Positions 13,355 through 25,510 of a DNA stretch of 64,000 bases are shown here, in pieces. The notes beneath the pieces are model-generated. The model saw only the letters and a program-made list of their open reading frames with translations, was not told the origin of the DNA and ran no database searches. The number at the start of each line of letters is the position of its first letter. The stretch's first letter is position 1. Made by a program: the position numbers and the translations under genes. Source of the DNA: Malacoraja senta (Eukaryota). The DNA is taken from contig CM075992.1 in the NCBI GenBank assembly GCA_038087875.1, positions 1,736,001-1,800,000 on the forward strand. Reading direction: 5' to 3'.

Positions 13355-14083
13355 CTTTTTGGAGATTTATTTGGGTGAGAGGAAGAGAGGGCAAAAGTGT
13401 CAGTTGATAGATAATCTTACATTAACTACAACAGATGAGTGTCAAAAAAATCACAGACTATTTGCCAAGTGCAGAAATCCAGGACAATCAGAGTCATAGT
13501 CTTACAGCAGGGTAACAGGCCCTTTGGACCAACTTGCCCACACTGGCCAACATGTCCCATCTACACAAGCCCCACCTGCCTGCACTTAACCCATGTCACG
13601 CCAAACCTGTCCTATCCATTAAACATTGTAGAAGTACTTGCAGTGTTGATAGTTTTCTATAGGTTTCTTTGAATTGCAGATAAACGCAAAACTCTATGCT
13701 TTATCTCTTCATCCCAATAAACTAAACAATGGTTAGACAAATGATAACTTAAAGCCCAGCCATTGATTATAGCATTTCCATACTGATTACAGTGTAACAT
13801 GCAGCTATGGAGTGAAATGGAAGGCCCAATGAAGATACATTCACCCCACATTTGAACACAACGTCATCAGACCTACCAAGATAGCCAACTTAAGTTTTAA
13901 TGTGTTCCAAGACACTAAAATGAATCACATCATGCTAAAAGATAACAATGGCATAATTATAGGGAATATTTTAAATGTACAATCCACCAATAACAAGCTA
14001 GAGCTGGGTCTAAGGTATAATTAGGGACATAACATAAACTACAGATTAGAGACAAGATTTATATTCTTTAAACAAAACCTTAC

Positions 14084-14246
14084 CTGAAGACAAGTAACCA
14101 GAATTGTTGGAAGCATTGAAACCACCTCTGCCACCTCTTCCACGTCCCCTGCCTCTACCTCTTAGTACAGGAGGGCCTGCTGGGGGTCCAGCCGGAAGCA
14201 CTCCCATGCCCATGCCACCACCAAATCCCATATTATGCTGCTGTGG
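14084..14246 (-). CDS. ILF3: ILF3 coding exon, RGG motif
   Basis: PQQHNMGFGGGMGMG...LRGRGRGRGRGGRGGFNASNNSGYLSS; 163 nt, donor G|GTAAGG. Confidence 0.93.
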
Positions 14247-14390
14247 CTGTATGGAGAAATGTACATGTAAATGTGCAGTGACTAACAAATGGTTTATCCT
14301 CCCGTTTCCTCCATATTATATATGGACGTTAGACTGGACACACTTTATACAAAGTCTTTTATATCTTGTGTTGTTCAAATAAATGGGGCA

Positions 14391-14555
14391 AAAACAAACT
14401 GCTGTAGGAACTCAGCAGGGTAGGCAACATCTGTGGAGAGAAATAGACACACAGCATTTTGGGTCTGCACCCTCCAAAAATGCGGCCTGACCCACTGAGT
14501 TCCTTCAGCAGTTTGTTATTTTTACTCCAGATTCCAGCATCAGTAGTCTTTTGTG
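14391..14555. repeat. Penelope-derived short repeat, diverged inverted pair
   Basis: CTGCTG..GGAACTCAG / CTGAGTTCC..CAGCAG arms. Confidence 0.65.
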
Positions 14556-15695
14556 AGTCTGTCAGCATGACTCGGCCCTGCATTTTTAATTCACTGAGAC
14601 CATATCTGCGTTCAGACACAATAGTGTCAGCATGTTTTTTTTTTGGCATTATGCCCGGTTATGGCTGTGCGAATAGCACTGAGGTGGGTGTACTAACTTC
14701 ATGCAATGGGCAATTCAAAAACATGGCAAGTAATTTTGCAGTTTTGTCTTTAGCATTTAAAAATATATAATGTTAATAAAAAACAGCGTATCTGGTGATT
14801 ACCCAGCATTTCCATTTAGACCTTCAACCACCTCTCACCCATTCTTAAAGAAATTGCAACCCGTGCTTTAAACACTAATTTACACAATCAACATCTACAA
14901 CAGATTTTTTATCATTCTGCACCATGGGTCTTTAATTTGGGATCACTAAACTTCCAGCAGCAGTGTATTCAGTACCATCCCTTATATTAAATATTAACAT
15001 CTCAATCAAGTTTCCTCAAAATCTCAATTATTTTACTCTCATGAAAATACATGAAATTTGTTCAAATTTCCTCAATAGATTCCAGGACAGTCAAAGTTTC
15101 AATATACTCATAATACAAACAAAATGTAAGCTTAAGGTTTATTACTGTGGCTTTCTTATTGCATACATCTTGCCACAAAACCCAGGAGTCTGTAGTATTT
15201 TTGTCATGTCTTCATACCCAACTTAATTTTCTCCAAGATACAATCGCAAACAGTAGTAACTATCTTGATGAACCCAAATCGGCAAGTATAGTTTACTCTT
15301 TGACCACAATGTCTCAAAATAAAACCCGATCCCATCTTTCCCCAACAGCCACGTCCCTGGAAGTAAATAATGAAACATCCAAATCATCATCTTAGCCAAA
15401 GCAGCTGGTAAATCAAGGGTGGGGAAAGAAACTGGCTTTGTCTTGACCACGTGGTGGTCCTCATGGAAGCTCATGTATGGATTTGCAAGGACAGGATAAG
15501 ATGAATTTAAATTTAATGCTAGGTACTTCAACTCACATGAGCAACAAAATCGTCTTTATAGAAATGATTCTTTTTCAGTGTCGAGAAACTCCCATAAATA
15601 CAAAACCTATTGTTACTCTTGAAAGCACAAGTTTATCCAGCTTTTTTAAATTAATCAGAATGCATAATATAAACAAGGTGTTTTCAAAGACCCAC

Positions 15696-15833
15696 CTGAA
15701 TAATTCGTTTTTTCTTTACTTCCATGGGAGGCTGGTGGGGAAAAAGTTTTTCCAGGGCAGCGAGTGCAGCATGAGCTTTTGCCACTTTCTTATTGGAACC
15801 TGACCCTGTAAATTTCTGACCATCAACTTCGAC
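15696..15833 (-). CDS. ILF3: ILF3 coding exon, dsRBM2 C-half
   Basis: [46 protein letters not shown]; 138 nt. Confidence 0.96.
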
Positions 15834-15957
15834 CTGGAGGGGGAAAAAATGGTTAATTTTAAAACTGACATTAAACCAGATTCAATTGTCTAGTTATTTT
15901 ATCTTCAAAATCATCTGTTGTTTTTCCACATTAGGAAATATATAGTTTATACGTTCA

Positions 15958-16131
<174 letters not shown>

Positions 16132-16896
16132 TTAAAATACTAGATTAGTAAAAAAATTTTTTATAGCAGAATCTGTCCCTCAGACTATCCCAAATGAACT
16201 TGCCTACACACAGGTCATTCTGTACACTCAAAACAAAAGTACTTCACTTTGTACTATTCTATTGAGGGTAGGGTTATGGTGCAATTTTTTATAAAGATAT
16301 TCAACCAGCCTTTCTGCTTTGCAGGCTGAGAATCTGGTGGAAGTCCTTAAACTCTGCAGGCCTATCCACGACATAATGGGGAGTGGTTGCTTTTGAGGGC
16401 TGTTATCAAGCAGGCTGGGTGAACTGTGAAGCCGTTCAACAATGAGCGATGGGGCTCAGTACTGCACCCTTACTAGCATTGCGTGCAGGTCATTGCTGGG
16501 GATTTGCACGACCTCGGTGCTTTGGCAGGCTGCCCAGATCCTACAACCCCTCTCCAGTATTTCAGCAGATCACCTGTCTCCAGCCCCAGTTGTGGACAAT
16601 TCTAATCTGAGAGAGCACTAGGAGGGCTGAGGTTATCAACTAATTTGGAGCACAACAGCAAGAAGTGCAAGGGCTTGCATCAAATGCGCAGAGCTGACAG
16701 TAACATATCCCTGAATATACAATGCTATAAATGGTACTATGTAGCTCTGATTCAATTAGCATATGCTCCTGGTCTCTAAGCAGAGGGTGTAACATATGTT
16801 AGAGATCCATGTCCAGAGTGAATCTCCCTAGCTGCTGTAAAACTGCACCTCATCAAGAAAGGGTATTTATCAAACTGAAGACAAAGGATATAGTAC

Positions 16897-17034
16897 CTCA
16901 GGCTCTGGAGTTACGACGAGTGGTTTTACAGTCACTGCTGCAGGGACTGGAACAACAGGCTTGGGTTCCACTTTAATCAATTCTTCAATTTTCTCAGGTT
17001 CCACTCCTGTTGGGAGACCTTTATCTTGCAAAAC
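16897..17034 (-). CDS. ILF3: ILF3 coding exon, end of dsRBM1 and linker
   Basis: VLQDKGLPTGVEPEKIEELIKVEPKPVVPVPAAVTVKPLVVTPEPE; 138 nt, AG/GT. Confidence 0.93.
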
Positions 17035-17165
17035 CTGTCAGAAAATGAGTTGTGACACGAATTACACAAATTACAATACCCTAGATCATAATTCAGTTTT
17101 AGAGGCAAATTAAAGTAAAAAATAGATACTATCAATTTAATGCTCAAAATCAGATATCAACTTTT

Positions 17166-17291
17166 GTGTTAAAGAAGGAACTGCAGATGCTGGAAAATCG
17201 AAGGTACACAAAAATGCTGGAGAAACTCAGCGGGTGCAGCAGCATCTATGGAGCGAAGGAAATAGGCAACGTTTCGGGCCGAAACCCTTCT
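17166..17291 (-). repeat. Penelope-derived short repeat, subfamily B
   Basis: Nearly identical to 25511-25628, so a young copy. Confidence 0.85.
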
Positions 17292-17944
17292 TGCTCTTTT
17301 GTGCTCTGATTGGCGGAATCTTTTAATAATGGAACTTTATAGTTAGATTTGCTGCCATGATGTAATTTACTAATACCCAAATCTCACTTCCCTATCATTC
17401 CCAACACCACCCAAAATTATCTGAAGATGCCTTCCAATATCTTGGCCAATCTTTTAGGTTCACCTGAACATTTAAATAAGGCAAAGAGACACAGCTATTT
17501 AACAACGCAAATTCCTTCTCTCTAGAGATGCTGCCTCATCCGCTGAGTAACTCCAGCTTTTTGTGTCTCACTTAGATTTTACCAGCATCTGCAGTTCTTG
17601 CTTACACAGCTATTATATTGCTGATTATATTATTGAGTTGCTGATTGAAATCATATCCATGCGAAGTTCTGGACTTTAGCATCATTGTCAAATTCAAAGT
17701 TGAGACAAATTGTTTTTTTTAAAACTTATGGCTCCTTGTACTTTGTTGAATTTTAAATGATTCTTAATATTTTAGTGCTCAAATGCAAATTCAACAATGT
17801 GCAGTAGACATCACTTTAAACGATTCTAGACTGTTCAGGATCAATGAATGTTAATGAAATACTACCCTTTTGATTTTGTAAACCAAGTTTCTTAAACCAA
17901 AGGGAAACGAGAAAGACGTTGATGTCGATATCTCTCTACATCAC

Positions 17945-18075
17945 TGTCTGTATCTCTCGTTTCCCTTTTCCGCCTCTCAGTCTAAAGATGGGTCTCGACC
18001 TGCAACGTCACCCATTCATTTTCACCAGAGATGCTGTCTGACCCACTGAGTTACCCCAGCTTTTTGTGTCTATCT
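17945..18075 (+). repeat. Penelope-derived short repeat
   Basis: Family consensus with a mutated hammerhead core; another partial copy at 17510-17607. Confidence 0.8.
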
Positions 18076-18167
18076 TTTGTCGGAAATGTGTCCCAAGATG
18101 TCAATGTAGACCACCATTTACAGAAAGCAAGGATTTTGCATTCAAGATATAAGATTCACCACAATAC

Positions 18168-18373
18168 CTTGACGGCTACATGAAGTTTGGCAGTTTTCTT
18201 AGATGGGCCTGATGCTTCATAGTTCTTTCCATCCACTTCCACAGACATGGTGAATACTGGAGCATGGACAGGACCAGTCTGAGAGATTAATTTGTATTGA
18301 AGACCTGGCCGTAGTTGATTAAGTCTCATCAATGCATTCATAGCTTGGGCTGGCTCGATCTTTTCTTCTGCTG
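18168..18373 (-). CDS. ILF3: ILF3 coding exon, dsRBM1 (tandem acceptors at 18373/18370/18367)
   Basis: [67 protein letters not shown]. Confidence 0.96.
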
Positions 18374-18880
18374 CTGTCAGTCATACAAAATAGTTTGAGA
18401 CAACGAGGAAATTTCAACACATTCTCCAAAACAAGAAGTGGGTTCTGAAGGCTGAAATCTCAGATCTGCCTTTTTTGTCGTCACCCTATTAGGTGTATAG
18501 ATTTATTAATACTCTGTCAGGCCTGGTCTGTGCCAGTATTCTCCTCAGAAGTCCAGATAACAGAAAACTCAATGCAATCGATTAACTCCCAGCAGATTTG
18601 ACATTTCAACTAACAAACATTTTCTACAGAAAACAAAAAAGTTTCTTATTAGACCCTGTACAGTGTCCAAAAGCATAGGCTTTTCTACCTCCTTCCATAC
18701 ATGTTTATCCAAACTCTTACATAGGTAATCATTCAGTATAAATTGTCAGTGTCATGTATGTATCTAGCCTAAAGCAACACCTCACTTGCAGTGTTGAGCG
18801 AACTGTTCTGTTGTTTTCATCAAATAAAATTTATTGATGGATAATATCTAATGAAGCCATAGACATCACTGCCAACTTGC

Positions 18881-18988
18881 CTTTCTTTTGGGTCTTCTTT
18901 TTCTTTTTGTTTGGAGACTTGTCCTCACCGGAGTCTTCGTCCATTGGCCGCTTCACTGGGGTGCTGAATGCACTTGGAGGAATCTGAA
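18881..18988 (-). CDS. ILF3: ILF3 coding exon with bipartite NLS; GC donor
   Basis: (V)QIPPSAFSTPVKRPMDEDSGEDKSPNKKKKKTQKK; ends AAAG|GCAAGT. Confidence 0.92.
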
Positions 18989-19424
18989 CTGTAATATTTC
19001 ACACAGGGAATAATAAACATCCAACTGATGAACTACTGCAATTTACAGTATAAAAGCAACTTATTTTCTAATTATGGAATTCACCACGATGTCCAGACGC
19101 CAAGATTTATTAGTCCACATTTGTTTCGATTTGGCTTGGAACTAGAAAATAATGTCCAATTGTACACACTGTATAATGCACCCCCACATGATAAAGGCCA
19201 CTGACGAAAAGTAAGACTTCTTTTCTTTCCACCGAGATACTGCCCAACTTGTGATTGTTTTGCAGGAGTGTTTTAATTTCAGATTGAGCATGTGTAGTTG
19301 TTTTGTTTTGAAATTTTATCTTGGTCTTCAATGTCACTATCCTTTTTATCTGCTACTTCATTGCCACACAGTCAGAACTTAAATCCACACCTCCCCCAAA
19401 TCATGCAGGAGCTTTAAACGTTGA

Positions 19425-19600
19425 CAGGAACTGCAGATGCTGGTTTACACTGAAGACAGAAACATAATGCTGGCGTAACTCAGCGGGACAGGCAGCATCT
19501 CTGGAGAGAAGGAATGGGTGACGCTTCGGGTCAAGACCCCTCTTCAGACTGTCAGGGGAGAGGGAAACGCAGAGATATGGAAGGGTAAGGTTTGAAAACG
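19425..19600 (-). repeat. Penelope-derived short repeat
   Basis: Long reverse copy; core GAAA mutated to GAAG. Confidence 0.85.
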
Positions 19601-20034
19601 TGATCAAAGGTCGGAAGCTTGGCTATAAAGGCTCCTGGTTCTAACTTTATGTCTAGACTCCAATCAAGCAGTAACGTTGCTTCATTACCAATTCTTTAAA
19701 TATCAGTTATATTCGCCATTGTTGAGCAATGTGGCGATACATGAACCTAATTCTTCGTTGAGTTCCATTGAATAATGTGTATGAAGGCAGCCTTTAAATC
19801 TATGGCAAGGTGCATTACTATGTATCAGGAGTAGATTATAATGCAGGACCTTATTTCCTGGCCCATGGAATCTTGAAATTTAAACATTTAAAGAGTCATC
19901 CAATAAATTGCTACAAAGCTGTTAGCATTGCAGTGAGGAAAACTAATGGTCTAATTAATCCATAAATTAATAATCTCATTACATCTGAAAAGACTAGCAA
20001 AAAGAATTAAATGTTGGTGGTTTGCTATTCCTAC

Positions 20035-20146
20035 CTGTATAATCCACTGGATTTTCATTTTTCGGTTTTCTAGGGAGCTTAGAAGGCAATGGATCCATTC
20101 CCAATACCTTGTGCAACTGTCCAAAGGCAGCCAGCCTTAAGGCATG
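20035..20146 (-). CDS. ILF3: ILF3 coding exon, end of DZF domain
   Basis: HALRLAAFGQLHKVLGMDPLPSKLPRKPKNENPVDYT; 112 nt. Confidence 0.97.
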
Positions 20147-20229
20147 CTAAACATAAAGATTTAACACAGTTCAGGCACTGCAATTCAAAAGCAGGGAATA
20201 AAAGGTAATACAACACTTTTTTTTAGTAC

Positions 20230-20327
20230 CTGACTGCTCTGTGTTATGTCCTCTCTTTGTTGTCTGGTAAAAGCACCAACAGCATCAATAGCATCCTTTT
20301 CACATGGATCATAGATCCCAGGTCCAT
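20230..20327 (-). CDS. ILF3: ILF3 coding exon, DZF domain
   Basis: (D)GPGIYDPCEKDAIDAVGAFTRQQREDITQSSQ; 98 nt. Confidence 0.97.
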
Positions 20328-20439
20328 CTAGATTAAAAGGAAACGCAGGAGACAACTGATCAGATTGGCAGTTTCTTCTCAAAATTAGTAAAGTATACCT
20401 GGCCTCGATCACATCACTACCCAGATACCCAAGGACAAT

Positions 20440-20650
20440 TAGACACAAACTCAGCAGGATCGGCAGCATCTCTGGAGAGAAGGAATGGGTAACGTTTTGG
20501 GTCGAGACCCTTCTTCAAACTGAAGTCTGAAGAAGGGTCTTGACCCGCAGTCACCCATTCCTTCTCTCCAGAGATGCTGCCTGTCCTGCTGAGTTACTCC
20601 GACATTTTGTGTCTATCTTCGGAGTAAACCAGCATCTACAGTTCATCCAA
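20440..20650. repeat. Penelope-derived short repeat, inverted pair
   Basis: Two arms of about 75 nt meeting at CTTCTTCAAACTGAAGTCTGAAGAAG. Confidence 0.85.
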
Positions 20651-20775
20651 CACACTTTGAATTAACTTTACCATTTAAAGAATTTTTAAATCAGAATTTA
20701 TACAGTTGAATTGCAGTAACATTTATGAAAATATTCCACTGTTTGTAAAAAGCACCAACTGTACCAATCACATAC

Positions 20776-20887
20776 CAAGCATTAATATTCCAGAAGCTAG
20801 ACATTCCAGGACTCTTCTCATTGCCTCTCCCGCACCTAAAGGCCTATTAGCAGTTCCAATTGCTTTTTCACAGATCAACTCCAACGG
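20776..20887 (-). CDS. ILF3: ILF3 coding exon, DZF domain
   Basis: [37 protein letters not shown]; 112 nt. Confidence 0.97.
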
Positions 20888-21335
20888 CTGAAATTAAAAA
20901 TAAAGATTTAAGTTCTGACCTTGGCTGTAATTGACATAAGCATTAGGTGAAACAGAGTGAAACGGAGCAGTCAAGATTGGACAAGTCCTTCAAAGATTGA
21001 GGAGGGTCAAGTGGAAAAGGGGACAAAAAAATGAGAACCATTCATCATAGATTGAATTGCAAACTTTCTTGATTAGTACAGAAGTCAGAATTATGAGGAG
21101 AAGGCGGGGGAATGGGGTTAGGAGGAAAGAGAGAGATCAGCCATGATTGAATGGCAGAGTAGACTTGATGGGCCAAATGGCCTAATTCTACTCCTATCAC
21201 TTATAACATAAATAAATAAACTTGGGGATGATCGGCAGGAATCATTTATTTGGTAAGGCTGGAAATTAGAAAGGAAGGGTGGGGTCATAAGCGATTAGGA
21301 ATCAAAGGTGAACATTTTAAAATAGAATTGCTGAT

Positions 21336-22157
21336 TTGAGGAAAGACATTCTTGCCATAGAGGGAGTACAGAGAAGGTTCACCAGACTGATTCCTGGGAT
21401 GGCAGGACTTTCATATGAAGAAAGACTGGATAGACTCGGCTTGTACACGCTAGAATTTAGAAGATTGAGGGGGGATCTTATAGAAACTTACAAAATTCTT
21501 AAGGGGTTGGACAGGCTAGATGCAGGAAGATTATTCCCGATGTTGGGGAAGTCCAGAACTAGGGGGGTCACAGTTTAAGGATAAGAGGGAAATCTTTTAG
21601 GACCGAGAAAATCATTTTTTACACAGAGAGTGGTGAATCTGTGGAATTCTCTGACACAGAAGGTAGTTGAGGCCAGTTCATTGGCTATATTTAAGAGGGA
21701 GTTAGATGTGGCCCTTGTGGCTAAAGGGATCAGGGGGTATGGAGAGAAGGCAGGAATGGGACGGTAAGCCAGTCCAGCGGCACGGATTCGGCCGCTGGAC
21801 TGGCTTACCGTCGCCCGACGGGGCCACAGCATCAGAAGCCTGGATCGCCTCAGCGCAGAGGGAGAAGAAAGCGGGAAGAGACAGAGACTTTAAGACTTTT
21901 CCCTCCATCACAGTGAGGAGGTGTCTGGTGAACTCACTGTGGTGGATGTTAATTTGTGTTTATTGTGTGTTTTGTCATTTATTATTATATGTATGACTGC
22001 AGGCAACGAAATTTCGTTCAGACCGAAAGGTCTGAATGACAAATAAAGGAATCTCTAATCTCTAATCTGAGTTGGATGATCAGCCATGATCATATCGAAT
22101 GGCGGTGCAGGCTCGAAGGGCCGAATGGCCTACTCCCGCACCTATTTTCTATGTTTG
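21336..22157 (+). mobile_element. CR1 LINE 3' end, interrupted by a nested insertion
   Basis: ORF RKDILAIEGVQRRFTRLIPGMAGLSYEERLDRLGLYTLEFRRLRGDLIETYKILKG is typical CR1 ORF2 C-terminus; 3' end GGCCGAATGGCCTACTCC...TTCTATG. Confidence 0.92.
21760..22068 (+). mobile_element. 3' end of a second non-LTR element inserted into the CR1 copy
   Basis: Stem-loop TTCAGACC-GAAA-GGTCTGAA, AATAAA and (ATCTCTA)n tail; CR1 sequence resumes at about 22069. Confidence 0.65.
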
Positions 22158-22488
22158 ACCAGAAGCCATGGTAGGCGCGTAGTTTAGTTTATGCACTCAA
22201 AAAACAGTTCAATAAGGCAAGTAGATCAAAGAACACAGAATGCAAGTCTGACAAAAATGCCACAACAATTAAACTTCACATGAAAATAAAACTGCAAATG
22301 TGAAATACATACAAGATGCTAGAGCCATTCAGACAGCCAGGCAGCATTGTATGGAGAAATGGTTAACATCTTCATGGTCTCTAGCTGCGCATTGTTTCTT
22401 GCTCTCCGAATGTCCTATTTTCATAGCTTTTACGAAAGTTATTTTACGAGAAGGGCCTGGACCCAAAACATCACCCATCGATGTTCTC

Positions 22489-22522
22489 GGTCTGAAGAAG
22501 GGTCTCGACCCGAAACGTCACC
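22489..22522 (+). ncRNA. Minimal type-I hammerhead ribozyme motif in a Penelope-derived repeat (repeat spans about 22445-22615)
   Basis: GGT-CTGAAGA-A-GGGT(CTCG)ACCC-GAAA-CG-TC-ACC: conserved CUGANGA and GAAA boxes, stem II, GUC site, 3-bp stem I, palindromic loop-less stem III. Confidence 0.65.
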
Positions 22523-22893
22523 CATTCCTTCTCTCCAGGGAAGTTGCCTGACCCGCTGAGTTACCTCAGCACTGTCTTTTTTTGTAAACCAGCATCTGCA
22601 GTTCCTTGTTTCTTCATAGGTTTTTATGTTTCTTTGGTTAGGTTCCAACTGCTGCAATTAACCCATTGACCAGATTACCTCATTTCCAGCTTCTCCCCCA
22701 TGGAACGCTGGTCTCACCTTGGAGCGATTAATTTTGCTTTATCCGTTCCTTCCTCCTTTTCTCACAAATTAAAACCATCTTATTTTATGGTTCCCAGTTC
22801 TGAATGGGCTTTCGAACCAAGATGTTAACCATTTCCTTCCACAGATATTGCTTGACCATACGAGCCTGTACAGCATTTTCTGTTTCTCGATCA

Positions 22894-23001
<108 letters not shown>

Positions 23002-23442
23002 CTACAAAACCATGGAGCGGAAAGTTAGTGCGCAGTTACTGACTCGTGTTTCAAATTCAATATAAAGTACAAAACTTTCATATCTGCAGTGCTACTTTGT
23101 CAAGGGTAAGAGCCATTTACATTTAAAATAAAATCTACATTATCAATCCAGTATTCTCCATAAAAATTACTCTTAACACAAAGCAGCAACAATGCAATTA
23201 TACCAAAAAGACTAACATTAATTCCTAAAACCCCCACCCCATATATAGTTTGTCCATCTTACTATTATAGTCATTTACTTAAGTGCTTATTAGCAGCTGT
23301 GCCAAGACAGAAGCTAAGTGTTGCACAGAAATTAAAAATTCCGAAATCAACTCAACACACGCAATTAACAAAATGAACAGAATCAATAATTTTAATAAAA
23401 AACTTTCTACTTTAGACAATAATGTAAGAACAAGATCCAAAC

Positions 23443-23534
23443 CTGGAACCATTTGGCGTGTCGCAGGGACGCCAAGGCGGTTAGGCATTTCTGCCTGTCC
23501 AATACATCCGCAGGCTCACTCATCGTTACTGTTT
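23443..23534 (-). CDS. ILF3: ILF3 coding exon, DZF domain
   Basis: (E)[30 protein letters not shown]; 92 nt, AG/GT. Confidence 0.97.
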
Positions 23535-24697
23535 CTATTGATGGAGTGGAATAAGAAGACAGGCAGTTTGACCAAGGGGTTTCTGTCATGCGGCGGGGAG
23601 CGGCAGCATCCGACTGGGCAAACAGGGCTCCCCACCAAAAGTCAAGTTGCAGTGAAGACTCTCAACATTTCTAATGGATTTACTTTGTTATGTAGCTAAA
23701 TGGGGAGAACACTAGTGTACATCTGGACAATGATCGTGTCTAAAAGAATGTGTACTAATCTGACATTATATTCTGTAATAGGTATCCCTAATATGTATCC
23801 TATATGGCTTTTTAACCCACTAGACTAGTGTTACTGGTGATGTGAGGAAAACAATGTTGTACTGATATGACGTTATTGAACTATCTGATGTTGTTAGTTA
23901 AACTAGGAAAAGGAAACTATCAAAGTAGGCTTGGGGCTCTGTCCGAGGGAAACCCCCGCTGCCCACGAAGGTCGACTGCCCAGGCCCCCATGACAGAGAG
24001 CGTCCAGTTGGTCAAAGGTCCAGCGTCCCTAAAAGAATTGACAAACTAGAAGGCTTGGTAGACGTGATCAAATAGTAAATCCACAGGCAATATCAAAACT
24101 TCAAAAACACCATATAATTGTTTATATACAGTGGGAAACTGTTAAACCGTGTCCAAATGTTGTTACATGTTCAGCTTAAGCCCATTATCTCAGGTCTAAC
24201 TGTTTGGTGCACAGGCTTTCATCACCAAAAGTAAATTAGTTGCATTGTTACATTTCTCAGTCTCCCACTGCATATTCTGAACTTGGTGACATCTGCACTG
24301 CAGCAAAATTGAATGGTCTGGTAGTTCATTACTGACCAGAGTTTCAAATAAGGTCATTTTTATCATGGATATTCTAGAATACTGAGCCCAAGTGCTCAAA
24401 ACAATGCACTGTGTAAAAATACATTGTCAATCACTGCATTAGCAGCACCAATTTTGGAGATGTACCAAGTACCAGATGGTTAAAATCTTAGCCAAATCAT
24501 CTGAAAGTCAAGATCAACCTGGCATCCCCAAAACCACTATAAAATTCAGGATCAAATAGAGACCTGTACCAAAACAGATCATTTCAATGCTGGTATACAG
24601 AAAATGTGCCATGGAATCGAGCATGTATTTAATTAAACTTCCAATTCACTCCTGCAATTAATTCAGAACCCATAAATTCTATTGATGAAAAAGTAAA

Positions 24698-24980
24698 TTT
24701 TAGTTTAGAGATACAGTGTGGAAACAGACCCTGCAGCCCAAACGAGTCTGCTCCGACCAACTTTCACCCATACACTAGATCTATCCTACACACTAGGGAC
24801 AATTTACAGAGGCCAATCAACCTGTACATCTTTGGAATGTGGGAGGAAACTGGAGCACATGGAGAAAACCCATACAGTCACAGGGAGAACGTACAAACTC
24901 CGTACAGGCAGCACCTGTAGTCAGGATCAAACCCGGGTCTCTGGCGTTGTAAGGCAGCAACTCTACCACTGCGCCACCCC
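24698..24980 (-). mobile_element. tRNA-derived SINE
   Basis: Reverse-complement copy of the same family. Confidence 0.78.
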
Positions 24981-25510
24981 TAAATATACTTTGTTCAAGA
25001 CTTGGTACACCTTATTCCAGTTGGAGGAAAGTAACAGTCAAGATTTTTTTTGTCATTAATGCCTTGTTCAGTATATCACCCATGCAATCATTAAATTAAA
25101 ACTTTAGCTATTACTATTCATGAAGCAAGTTAATCAAATTATTCAGATTACACTTGGCTCACGGACTTCCATTCTCTTGCCGTCAAATGAACAAAATGTC
25201 CCAAAATCACTTAAAAGCCCAACCCATTTGAAACTAGTGGTTGGCTTTGCTTTGAAATCTATCAAACTAAAGCAGAGGTGCGATTGCAAAGTTCTGATCC
25301 ATTTGACAAAATATACAAGGCAAGACACCAACAACTTGGTGTAGTAGTCATGTGATGTAGGCCAACATATCGTGAAAATCTTTATTGCAACTCCCCAGTT
25401 TATTTCATACCAGAATATAAAACCAGACCTTCACCCCGTCACAACCAGTTGAATTTGCAACTGGATAGGAAAGTGCCAGACCAATGTTAAACTCACTAAG
25501 CTTTGTAGTT

